Below, piece by piece: positions 9,785-18,941 of a DNA stretch of 64,000 nucleotides. Under the pieces are notes generated by a model. The model ran no database searches. It was not told where the DNA came from and saw only the letters and a list, made by a program, of their open reading frames with translations. This stretch comes from a virus. The position numbers and the translations under genes are program-made. The DNA lies in IMG/VR virus record IMGVR_UViG_3300045999_007505; one strand, 5' to 3'. Every line of letters starts with the position of its first letter. The first letter of the stretch is position 1.

Positions 9785-12133
9785 CTATGTTATTATGTTT
9801 AATATAGCATATGGCACTGTGTTAAATCCATTGCCAGTATCGTTAAATGTTATCGTGCCAGTATTGAACGTTGTATCTAAACTTCCCGATATGTTAAGTT
9901 TAGCTACATAATTAACTATTGAGCCACTGTATGTTGTAAAGTTACTTGCTATGTATGGTTTATTGTTTTTATCCAAACTAATGGCTCCTACAGATAGTGT
10001 GCCCCATCCACTTGGTCCATTGCCTACTACAAATGAATTATCTCGAGACCCGTTTGAGTTTATTTTAACTAAACGGTTAGCAGTTGATCCGGAATATGAA
10101 GTAAATATTCCTGCTACTAGTAACGAGTCATTGTTCAATAGCTTTAAAGTATAAACGGCGCCATTCTGAGTAGTGCCCGGACTAAAGGCTAAGTCTCTAG
10201 TGCCGTCAGTATTAATCTTAACAAGTCGATTAACCGAGGAGCCTGAATATGTAGTAAATGCTCCTCCAATTACGGGTTTGCCATCTGATTGAATGACTAC
10301 AGAATATACTTCGTTATTAAAGCCTGTTCCTACGTTAAACGTTGCATCGCGCGTGCCGTCGGTATTTATTCGTACTATTCTAGTTGTACTTGAACCGGAA
10401 TATGCTGTAAAATTGTTTCCAACTACAATAAACTTACCATCACTTTGCATAGCAATTGATAGTGGAGTTCCGCCAGTAAAACCGGTACCTACATTAAATG
10501 TAGTGTCGCGAGTACCATTAGTGTTTATTCGTACTATACCTGGACTGCTAGAACCACTGTATGTTGAAATATTTCCAACGGCAACTATTTTACCATCTGG
10601 TTGTATTTTAAAATCATATACGGCTCCATTAGGGCCCGCTCCTACGTTGAATGTTGTATCGAGAGTGCCGCTAACATTTAATCTTGCAAGTCTAGTAGCA
10701 TTGGATCCAGAATACGTTGTATAGTCTCCTCCAACTACAAGTTTTGCGTCGGATTGCGTAGCCATGCAATAAACCACGGTATTAAACCCAGCACCCATAT
10801 TAAATGTTGTATCAATTGAACCGGTATTATCTAATTTTATAATTCTATTATACGCGGGAGCATTGTATGTTGTGAAAGCGCCGCCTAAATATAATTTGCT
10901 TCCAGATACAAGTGTAGTCCAAACGCCGCTGTTAAATCCTCTAGTACTTTGGTTGTTAAATCCAATGCTCCCCGTGTTGAATGTTAAATCTATAGTGCCA
11001 CTTGGTGATGTTTTTACAAATCGATTAACCGTTGAACCGCTATATGTTGTAAAGTTGTTTCCAATATATACATTTCCTGCAGTATCTAAGGAAAGTCCGT
11101 TTATTGCATTGGCTGTAGTACTATTAAGTCCCGCTCCTACATTATAAGATGTATCTAGATTACCATTAGATAATATTCGAGCTAAGTTGGTTTGAACGCT
11201 GCCACTTACGGAATTGAAGAGGCCAACTATTAGTATTTTTTGATCAGGTTGCATTTTTACAGCATATACTGAGTTATTAATAGTTCCCGGATTAAAAGAA
11301 TTATCTAACGTGCCATTAGTGTTTAATCGCATTAAACGTGTCACAGTTGATCCGCTGTATTGTGTTGCACCGTGACCTATAACAATTTTACCGTCTGATT
11401 GAATATCAACCGCATATCCAACTCGCGTCGTTGCTGTAAATCCAGTACCATTGTTAAAAGTAGTATCTCTAGTACCATCGATGTTTATTCTCAATGAGCC
11501 AGTTCCAATAACTGAGCCTGAGTATGTAGTCATGCTGTTTCCAACAATAACGGCTTTATCATCACTTTGTATAGCAACAGCAAACCCGTTTTGATTTAGA
11601 CCAGTTCCTATATTGTATGTTGTATCATATGTGCCATTTGTATTAAGTCTAGCAATACGGTTTCTTGTTGATCCACTGTATGACGTAAATGCTCCAGTAA
11701 CGATCACTTTGCCATCAGATTGTAATTTTAAGTCGTATACTGTACTATTGAATCCGGTACCGACGTTAAATGTAGTGTCACGGGTACCATCGGTATTTAT
11801 TCTTATAATGTATTGGGACGAAGATCCTGAATATGCTGCAAAGCTGCCACCCATTATTATTTTACCGTCGGACTGTGTAACCATGCATAAAACGGAGTTA
11901 TTAGCTCCGGTACTACCCATGTTAAATGATGTGTCTACTGAACCAGATAAATCGGTACGTAAGATTCTAGAGTATAACGGTTGGTTGTAGGTTGTAAAGC
12001 CACCACCAACGTATAGATAATCTGGTAAGGTTGTGGTAATTGTTGTCCCCATGTAATTTACTATGTCATTAATGGAAACTCCATCAATGTATAATATTGA
12101 TCCAAAAGGAACGCCGCCTATACTTGTAACCAT
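9785..12133 (-). CDS. Delta-60-repeat beta-propeller protein (putative receptor-binding or decoration protein)
   Basis: About 14 repeats of ~53-55 aa: Q.DGK..VGG.FT.YSGS....I.R.N.DGT.DTTFN.G.G; two duplicated halves. Confidence 0.85.
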   Translation of the reverse strand: MVTSIGGVPFGSILYIDGVSINDIVNYMGTTITTTLPDYLYVGGGFTTYNQPLYSRILRTDLSGSVDTSFNMGSTGANNSVLCMVTQSDGKIIMGGSFAAYSGSSSQYIIRINTDGTRDTTFNVGTGFNSTVYDLKLQSDGKVIVTGAFTSYSGSTRNRIARLNTNGTYDTTYNIGTGLNQNGFAVAIQSDDKAVIVGNSMTTYSGSVIGTGSLRINIDGTRDTTFNNGTGFTATTRVGYAVDIQSDGKIVIGHGATQYSGSTVTRLMRLNTNGTLDNSFNPGTINNSVYAVKMQPDQKILIVGLFNSVSGSVQTNLARILSNGNLDTSYNVGAGLNSTTANAINGLSLDTAGNVYIGNNFTTYSGSTVNRFVKTSPSGTIDLTFNTGSIGFNNQSTRGFNSGVWTTLVSGSKLYLGGAFTTYNAPAYNRIIKLDNTGSIDTTFNMGAGFNTVVYCMATQSDAKLVVGGDYTTYSGSNATRLARLNVSGTLDTTFNVGAGPNGAVYDFKIQPDGKIVAVGNISTYSGSSSPGIVRINTNGTRDTTFNVGTGFTGGTPLSIAMQSDGKFIVVGNNFTAYSGSSTTRIVRINTDGTRDATFNVGTGFNNEVYSVVIQSDGKPVIGGAFTTYSGSSVNRLVKINTDGTRDLAFSPGTTQNGAVYTLKLLNNDSLLVAGIFTSYSGSTANRLVKINSNGSRDNSFVVGNGPSGWGTLSVGAISLDKNNKPYIASNFTTYSGSIVNYVAKLNISGSLDTTFNTGTITFNDTGNGFNTVPYAILNIIT

Positions 12134-12143
12134 ATCTTACCTT

Positions 12144-15100
12144 TTATAATTCAATCCATTCATTAGATGGTCTAAATTTCATAATCCAATCTACACCACC
12201 ATTATATGAGGTATAACAATAGCCTAACAATCTAACATATCCAGTTGTTGGAATTGTTGTCGACATTAATGTACCGCCACCTTCTCGAATATAAACAGGA
12301 AGTCCATAGTTAGGCCCATTAACATTTGGATATCCGCCGCCGGATGAAACAACTATATCGCCTTCAATTAAAACAGAACCAGTTTGAGAAAATATATCAA
12401 TAGCCATTCCTAACATTTTGGTTGATGTATTTGTTGTTTGATCTACTTGATACCATTGACCATCTGTATTTAAATATACTAACTCATTGCTTGATACCGT
12501 AGCATCGAAGTACGAATCTCCTAAAAGTTGTCCGGCTTTAGAATTAAACCCATATAATGAATCTCTATTAGTAGTACTTATGCGTTGTGAGCCATATAAA
12601 TCTATATTATATATTCCTGTTTGACCATCCCAAGAAATTACAGGTTGACCGGTAGCAGAATTCAATGATCTATTTCCAAAATCTATACTAGAACTACCAG
12701 CATTTAAATCATATAAATTTCTTGAAAAATTTGCATCATCTACTTCAATTGCCTTAAATGGTCCAGTAAATCCTGTTCCTTCGCCTTGTACTTTAAATGA
12801 ACCACTTAATATAGTTGGTCCTTGATTTATTAAAGTCGAAGACCCGGTTATAAGCAAAGAACCTGTTACAACTAAACTGCCAGATACTGTAGCAGATCCT
12901 GTTATTGATACCCCCGATGTCCAATTCAATATTTCAGTTCCGTTACTGTCTTTCAATTGACGGTTTTGCCAATTTATAGAATCTTTATTAGCTGTATCGA
13001 TTGCTATGCGATTCTGCCAATCTATAGAATTTTTAGCATTTGTATCTCGTAGTATGCCAGTATTCCAATTAACCGTGTATGATGCTGGGCCGTTGTCTAT
13101 TTTAAGAAGACGACTACTCCAATCAATCGATTGCGAATCAACTGTATCATATGTTGAGCGCTGATCCCAACGCATTGTAACTACTGCCGAACTATCAATT
13201 AATCTACGTACTTCCCAATTGACGCTGTTTATAGCAGAACTATCATATAAATCTCTGTCATCAGCATTAATGCTTGAAGTTCCCATTACATCATTAATAA
13301 CTCTAGTAACTCCGCCGAAATCTAATGCAGTTACATCAGATATTCCATTGTAGGTTTGTAAATTAAACGAACCAGTTACTCCTAATGAACCTGTAATACG
13401 AGTAGTGCCAATAACATCTAAGTTTGCAGTTGGATTAATTGTTCCAATTCCAATATTACCACTCTTTCCTGATATAACACCCCCGCCACTTCCTAGTTTA
13501 ATAGAAGCTACTGTAGAATCTTGTTGTCCATATACGCCTAAATGATTTGATATATTTATATCCCATAGTTCAACATCATCACCCCCTCGAAGATACATTG
13601 CACCATTTGTATTAGGAGCAATAAATCCTGTTGTTGCAGTTAATGATCCAGTTATAACTGCATTTCCTGTATATGGAAAAACTGTTCCTCCGGAGGTTGA
13701 TACTGTTATGACATTTCCTCCGGAATCTACTGCTAAGTTAGCTGCTGCTGTTCCTGGAAAAGAAGAGGCTGCTGTATATCCTGGGAGTTGCATTTGGGTG
13801 GTATGTATATCCCATTGGGCTATTAACCCCGTACTTGTGGTATTATTTCCTTTTAGTATTCTAGCTTTATTTTGCCAGTTGTCCATAAATGAAGCAGACG
13901 TATAAGTACCCCCTGGTGCATTGAATCCTATTTGTCCGCCCTCATTACTAGTGTCGCGAGCTCCTAAAGTTAAAGTATTTTCAGACGGACCTAAACTTGA
14001 AGTTCCTATAGCAGCACTACCAGTTATTATTACGGTTTGATTAAGCGTATTAACATATGAAGCAGTTGAAGCAAATGAAGCACTTACTGCTTGTAGAACG
14101 TAACTAGCAGTTGCGGCATATGAAGCACTAGTAGCAGTAGCCGCATTTCCTGTTATTGAGGCACTAATAGCAGATGTATTAACCCATTTAGCTGTAGAAG
14201 AATCATATGCCAATGGTTGTCCCGCTGATGGTCCTGAAATACTTACGTCAGATAATCCGGCCAATGTTTGAGTTACACTTCCTCCGCCACCGCCACTTCC
14301 ACCAACGGTTCTAAATAATCCTCCGGGAATTATTTTATAAGAAGCTGCCGTTGTAAAATCTGCATTATTTCTTACTACTATAGCACCCAAATAAACAGCT
14401 TGTGCTGCAGTATTAGGAGCCTCAGTAAATGGTTCAATGTTTATATTAGCAATTGCATCTAATTCTGTTGTGTATGATGCATTACCATAATATACATAAA
14501 ATGCTTTAGTGACGCTGTTTGGGAAAAAATATACTCGCTGGATTGACCATTGTCTATTACTACCACCACCAGGAACTGATGTTAAAACTCCATTAAGTGA
14601 ATATCGAGTTGGATCTATTGCACCATATCCCGCTCCTGCATTTGTATCATATACCCACGATGATCCAGATTGGTAATAACGAAATATTTTAGATACGGTG
14701 GTACCTGAGTCTGTAATGTATGAAGGATTATTAGGATCTACTGTATAATTTCTACCGTCTGACCATGCTATTCCGCTACTAACTACTAAACTACCCGTTG
14801 ATGAACCACTCACTGCTAGTGTCATTCCGGATATTTTTAATGGGCCAAATGCTCTAATAAAATCTGAAGAACGTTGTTTCCAACCGTATGCCAATGATGC
14901 AAATGTTTGAGTTCCATTAATTGTAGCATGATTTTGATGCAATACTACACCAATTGGAATTAAAGTATTGTATTGACCGTCATTATATGGTTCGCCTTGT
15001 GCATATATAGTACCATTTGATTGAATTGCTACAAATTGTTGATCATATGATGCGCTAAATGGTGCTATACTAGCAGATACATTTGGCCAATTAACATATT

Positions 15101-15707
15101 CAATTGTTGGAAATGGATTTTCATTATATGATGCATTTAAATTTACAATGATACCGCTACCACTTGATATTTGATACATTGTAGATGATTGTGATGAAAT
15201 CAATCCGCCATTTAATAATCCAGTATATAAATTACCTTCTATCCAACGCAAACGAGTTACGTTGTTATATCCTAAACCATTTTGCGAAAAATATAAATCG
15301 TTTGTTGAGCCAGAAACATAAATATAAGATGCAGATATGCTTGTATCAATGTTTTTAACAACCGGTGCAAATTTAATTACACCATTAGTTTCCATATCTC
15401 CATATACTTTAATCGTAGGCGTTACTGGAGTTGTAGTCGAACCTGATATGATAATACTACCCGACAATGTTGTGTTACCTAATAGTGTATTTGTTCCAAT
15501 CTGTGTGGTAGAGCCGGTAATATTTAATGATCCGGTTTGAGAAAATACTCCCGTTAAAAATTTACTACCTGTATGATAAACACTACCTGTATGATTGGAA
15601 TCTCCTAGCTGATTTAAACTACCCGTTATTGTAACTCCATTAGTTACATTTAATGAATTTAATGAGGCATTAGAGCCAGATGTAATGACCTTTTTCCAAG
15701 ATGGCAT
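12144..15707 (-). CDS. Large fibre-like virion protein
   Basis: 1187 aa, Ser/Gly/Thr-rich with ITGS and ASYA repeats, GNIGIGTINP, SIDWxxR repeats; C-terminal LGMA...YVRLLGYC...FRPSNEWIEL domain. Confidence 0.7.
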   Translation of the reverse strand: MPSWKKVITSGSNASLNSLNVTNGVTITGSLNQLGDSNHTGSVYHTGSKFLTGVFSQTGSLNITGSTTQIGTNTLLGNTTLSGSIIISGSTTTPVTPTIKVYGDMETNGVIKFAPVVKNIDTSISASYIYVSGSTNDLYFSQNGLGYNNVTRLRWIEGNLYTGLLNGGLISSQSSTMYQISSGSGIIVNLNASYNENPFPTIEYVNWPNVSASIAPFSASYDQQFVAIQSNGTIYAQGEPYNDGQYNTLIPIGVVLHQNHATINGTQTFASLAYGWKQRSSDFIRAFGPLKISGMTLAVSGSSTGSLVVSSGIAWSDGRNYTVDPNNPSYITDSGTTVSKIFRYYQSGSSWVYDTNAGAGYGAIDPTRYSLNGVLTSVPGGGSNRQWSIQRVYFFPNSVTKAFYVYYGNASYTTELDAIANINIEPFTEAPNTAAQAVYLGAIVVRNNADFTTAASYKIIPGGLFRTVGGSGGGGGSVTQTLAGLSDVSISGPSAGQPLAYDSSTAKWVNTSAISASITGNAATATSASYAATASYVLQAVSASFASTASYVNTLNQTVIITGSAAIGTSSLGPSENTLTLGARDTSNEGGQIGFNAPGGTYTSASFMDNWQNKARILKGNNTTSTGLIAQWDIHTTQMQLPGYTAASSFPGTAAANLAVDSGGNVITVSTSGGTVFPYTGNAVITGSLTATTGFIAPNTNGAMYLRGGDDVELWDINISNHLGVYGQQDSTVASIKLGSGGGVISGKSGNIGIGTINPTANLDVIGTTRITGSLGVTGSFNLQTYNGISDVTALDFGGVTRVINDVMGTSSINADDRDLYDSSAINSVNWEVRRLIDSSAVVTMRWDQRSTYDTVDSQSIDWSSRLLKIDNGPASYTVNWNTGILRDTNAKNSIDWQNRIAIDTANKDSINWQNRQLKDSNGTEILNWTSGVSITGSATVSGSLVVTGSLLITGSSTLINQGPTILSGSFKVQGEGTGFTGPFKAIEVDDANFSRNLYDLNAGSSSIDFGNRSLNSATGQPVISWDGQTGIYNIDLYGSQRISTTNRDSLYGFNSKAGQLLGDSYFDATVSSNELVYLNTDGQWYQVDQTTNTSTKMLGMAIDIFSQTGSVLIEGDIVVSSGGGYPNVNGPNYGLPVYIREGGGTLMSTTIPTTGYVRLLGYCYTSYNGGVDWIMKFRPSNEWIEL

Positions 15708-15722
15708 ACTATTTTCCTTTTG

Positions 15723-15784
15723 TGTTGTGGTTGGTTACATACACTTATGCCGTGCGTGTGCCCACTTCCTTGCGGCCTACAACA
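15723..15784 (-). ncRNA. Putative structured cis-regulatory RNA in the 5' leader of the fibre gene
   Basis: GC-rich island UGUUGUAGGCCGCAAGGAAGUGGGCACACGCACGGCAUAAGUGUAUGUAACCAACCACAACA with a closing stem, a CC-GCAA-GG GNRA hairpin and a second stem; lies between the ATATTTAT motif and the RBS. Confidence 0.55.
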
Positions 15785-15797
15785 TTTATAATAAATA

Positions 15798-15974
15798 TCA
15801 CTGTTTTAGATATTGGTCTTGTAATTTTAGAATGATATTGTAGAATGTCTCTACTTGGTCTCCGCGTACGGAAACATCTTTAAGGATCATCAATAAAAAT
15901 TCAATTTCTTGTTTTGTTAATTGTGATGCAGATTCTGGATTTGGTTGTGCTTTTAAACGATCAATTATGCTCAT
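15798..15974 (-). CDS. 58-aa hypothetical protein (not in the ORF track)
   Basis: MSIIDRLKAQPNPESASQLTKQEIEFLLMILKDVSVRGDQVETFYNIILKLQDQYLKQ; fills the intergenic gap. Confidence 0.7.
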   Translation of the reverse strand: MSIIDRLKAQPNPESASQLTKQEIEFLLMILKDVSVRGDQVETFYNIILKLQDQYLKQ

Positions 15975-15989
15975 AACTTGTTTTTATTT

Positions 15990-16820
15990 TTATGCGTAAA
16001 TATATATATCTCCGGTATTTGTATCAACGTGAATTGTTCCGGAGCCATTACCCGATCCACCATATATTGGTGCTGCAGCTGGCGCTATGGCACTTGTTTC
16101 TACCGTTCCTACAAACACTGCAGGTGTAAATGAATTTCCGGTTGCAACGAATGAAGAAGTAAATCCCCAACGGGTTGTTCCGGAATCATATCCATATAAT
16201 TCACCGATATTTTGAGTGCCTTGTTGAACTACAATACCACCATCGCCAGTAGTATTAGACCCAGATGCAAACAATACAAATCGATCTGCAACAAGCAAGT
16301 TTTGTGTATTTTGAAATGATGCAGTACCTAATACAACTAAATTGCCTGTTAATGTTAATCCAACAAATTGAGGAGAGTCTGTAGTTTGTAGTCCTAAATC
16401 AATAGTTGAACCAGCTACACCATTCGTTGTTAAAAGAGCTTCACCTTGATTTGGTGATGATAATACTGAAGAAGATATTACCGTGCTACCCGCTAATATT
16501 TGTGCTTGCGTAACTGTTCCGCCTAATGATGTTGCATTACCGGCAATTGTTATGGAAGAATTAGTTAAACTTGCATTTGGAATTCCACCTAATGTAAATG
16601 TAATTGTATCAGAACCAGCGTTGCCTGCAATATTTAATCCTGCGCCAGACGAAGATGCAAATGTTAATGTATCTACTGCACTGTCTGCTACTATATTCGT
16701 GCCATTGATAGACATCGTAGCAAATGTATTTTGTGCTGTTATCGATGTTAAATAATTAGCATCATTATTTAATTGTGAAATATTACTACCTGATACTACT
16801 ACTTTTTTCCAAGTTGCCAT
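15990..16820 (-). CDS. Fibre-like virion structural protein
   Basis: N-terminus MATWKKVVVSGSN parallels MPSWKKVITSGSN of 12144-15707; DSPQFVGLTLTGNLVVLGT and LLVADRFVLFASGS fibre-type segments. Confidence 0.7.
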   Translation of the reverse strand: MATWKKVVVSGSNISQLNNDANYLTSITAQNTFATMSINGTNIVADSAVDTLTFASSSGAGLNIAGNAGSDTITFTLGGIPNASLTNSSITIAGNATSLGGTVTQAQILAGSTVISSSVLSSPNQGEALLTTNGVAGSTIDLGLQTTDSPQFVGLTLTGNLVVLGTASFQNTQNLLVADRFVLFASGSNTTGDGGIVVQQGTQNIGELYGYDSGTTRWGFTSSFVATGNSFTPAVFVGTVETSAIAPAAAPIYGGSGNGSGTIHVDTNTGDIYIYA

Positions 16821-16853
16821 GTTTTATGTTCCTATTTTATATAAATATATGCA

Positions 16854-17183
16854 TCAATCTAAACCTACAAAAAAAGATCCGGATGTAAAATAAATTCCGC
16901 CATTTGGAGCCGTTCCTGTCAATTCAATACTTTGTGTTGCTACTACAACGACACCACTTTGTGATACTGTTAATATTGGTTGATTATTAAAATTTTTAAT
17001 TAAAAATATATTGTTTACATCACTTCTAATTTCTAATGAACCGGTGATTACTGCACTACCGGAGAATGGAAACGTATTTCCTCCACCGCCATTCATTGCA
17101 TATGATGCAGTTAATGCATAACTAGAAGATATATTAAATAAAGATCCGGTTTGTAATTGTCCAGGTCTAAACTGCCTTGCCAT
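16854..17183 (-). CDS. Small virion structural protein
   Basis: Likely start MARQF at 17183 (TAATG overlap); SSSYALTASYA and FPFSGSAVITGSL motifs shared with the fibre protein. Confidence 0.65.
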   Translation of the reverse strand: MARQFRPGQLQTGSLFNISSSYALTASYAMNGGGGNTFPFSGSAVITGSLEIRSDVNNIFLIKNFNNQPILTVSQSGVVVVATQSIELTGTAPNGGIYFTSGSFFVGLD

Positions 17184-18406
17184 TATGCCCATCTCCCTTT
17201 AACTACAATAACATCTTGTGCGTTTATAGTATATCCTAATGTTGCAGTATTGAATACAATTGTTTGTGTTGTAATATCACTCGGTGTCCAAGTATATACT
17301 ATTTTATCAATATACTGGCCATTGATAAATACATCAAATTCATTTTTACTTGCAACTGCAAAGGTAACCGGATTAACTGCTGCTAGTGCCGGAATAGTTA
17401 TCGTAGTTGCATTTGAATATGTTGCAATCTCTTCAGTTAATTCGGTTAGGTATGACATTACTAGTGCATTAATTGTTATAGCTCCAGATGGAGTATTAGC
17501 AACAACTTGTCCTCCAGAAAATATATTGGCTTGTTGTTGTAATATTGCAGTTGGTAATGCAATTGATTCAAATATATTTTGTTCAACGTCGACTACTATA
17601 TCAAATGTAACTCGTTTTACGGAATACATTTTCTTCAATGTTGATAGTCTAGCTTCTTGACCGGAAAGCAAAGTTGCTTGCACCGTTAATGGCAATGTTG
17701 CACGAACTAAACGATCTTCGCCAACGGTATTTACAGTTTCAAATGTTATCGATCCAATTGTTGTTGCAAATTTATTTGATTCATTTCCCCAAGCAAATCG
17801 GCTGTATGTAAATATTTGATCGACTAATTCGTTAAGTTGTGTAGTAAAATCACACCAAATCATCATTTCATATTCAACAGTTACATATTTTGGAATATCA
17901 ACAATCATTACTTGTTGTGATGATTGTGGTTGTTGAAGTGGTATTGGAAATAATTCATCTTCATAACGATTTTTTTCGTTATATCTTTGTCGATAAACAA
18001 TTTGATTTCCAGCCTGTGGCCAATTGACATCCAATGTTTTAAATGAATCGCGTTCTGCTACCGAACTTCGTTTTAACATAATTAATGGCGATTGTAACAT
18101 GCCTTTTTCATCACGTAAATAACCTAAACGCTGTACATTGTCCCATTTTTCGCCATTCGCATAAATTACTGGCACTGGTATGATGGTTTGTTGTGCTTTA
18201 ATCTGTGGTTGAATTTCATTTTCAACATACCATTTAATGGCATAATCTACATCGTATAATGTTCTTTTTGGCGAACGAATTACGTCATCATCTCGTCTCG
18301 TTTGCATGGACCGATCTAAAACGCGATCGCCGCGCATACTTTCTACAATATCCAAGCTTGGTTTGTTTGTTTTGCGGTCAATATTTTTTCTATTCAGTCT
18401 AGGCAT
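17183..18406 (-). CDS. Tail terminator / sheath stabiliser (gp15-like) with C-terminal extension
   Basis: VPVIYANGEKW...PLIMLKR...PKYVTVEYEMMIW....QLNELVDQI; follows the neck genes. Confidence 0.65.
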   Translation of the reverse strand: MPRLNRKNIDRKTNKPSLDIVESMRGDRVLDRSMQTRRDDDVIRSPKRTLYDVDYAIKWYVENEIQPQIKAQQTIIPVPVIYANGEKWDNVQRLGYLRDEKGMLQSPLIMLKRSSVAERDSFKTLDVNWPQAGNQIVYRQRYNEKNRYEDELFPIPLQQPQSSQQVMIVDIPKYVTVEYEMMIWCDFTTQLNELVDQIFTYSRFAWGNESNKFATTIGSITFETVNTVGEDRLVRATLPLTVQATLLSGQEARLSTLKKMYSVKRVTFDIVVDVEQNIFESIALPTAILQQQANIFSGGQVVANTPSGAITINALVMSYLTELTEEIATYSNATTITIPALAAVNPVTFAVASKNEFDVFINGQYIDKIVYTWTPSDITTQTIVFNTATLGYTINAQDVIVVKGRWA

Positions 18407-18930
18407 TAGATTCCTTTCCTAAATGCAGGAGATTGATTACTACCCCCCCGACGTATATCGGTAATATTTTGTGGCGTTTGACGAGTTGTATGTGCATCAC
18501 ATAACACTGAAACGCTATATCCATATGTATTTCCATTTGGCCATGTATCTGGATTCTTGCCTACAAAATATTGATTTGATTCTACATTATCAATTTCATA
18601 GTATTCATTATCCCAAAATATAATATCGCCAGCCTCAGGATACAATGTAACAGTTTCTAACAAATCGCGAGACAATGCAAATTGTGCTGTTCTAGTATAT
18701 GAATGTCCATAATCATCCATTGTTGCTGTTTTATTTTCTTTGGTTATAATGCAAGGCATTAAAATAGAATTGTAAAAACTTTTTTGTTCAGATTCACCAT
18801 AAATATTTGAATCGCTTTGTTCTACAATTAATTTGTAATAAAGAATTTCAGTATCAATGATTGCATTAATCAATTCTGAATTAATTGCTGCTAAAAATTT
18901 TGCATCTCGTTGACTGCCAAAAAGTGCCAT
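18406..18930 (-). CDS. Neck / head-closure protein (gp14-like)
   Basis: NIYGES...YPEAGDIIFWDNEYYEIDNV; synteny. Confidence 0.7.
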   Translation of the reverse strand: MALFGSQRDAKFLAAINSELINAIIDTEILYYKLIVEQSDSNIYGESEQKSFYNSILMPCIITKENKTATMDDYGHSYTRTAQFALSRDLLETVTLYPEAGDIIFWDNEYYEIDNVESNQYFVGKNPDTWPNGNTYGYSVSVLCDAHTTRQTPQNITDIRRGGSNQSPAFRKGI

Positions 18931-18941
18931 GTAATTCCCCC

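Noticed and set aside
15723-15784. Hammerhead ribozyme or c-di-GMP-II riboswitch identity for the leader RNA
   Set aside because: No CUGAnGA/GAAA core; only superficial GGGCAC...AACC similarity to c-di-GMP-II, with no convincing pseudoknot or kink-turn.
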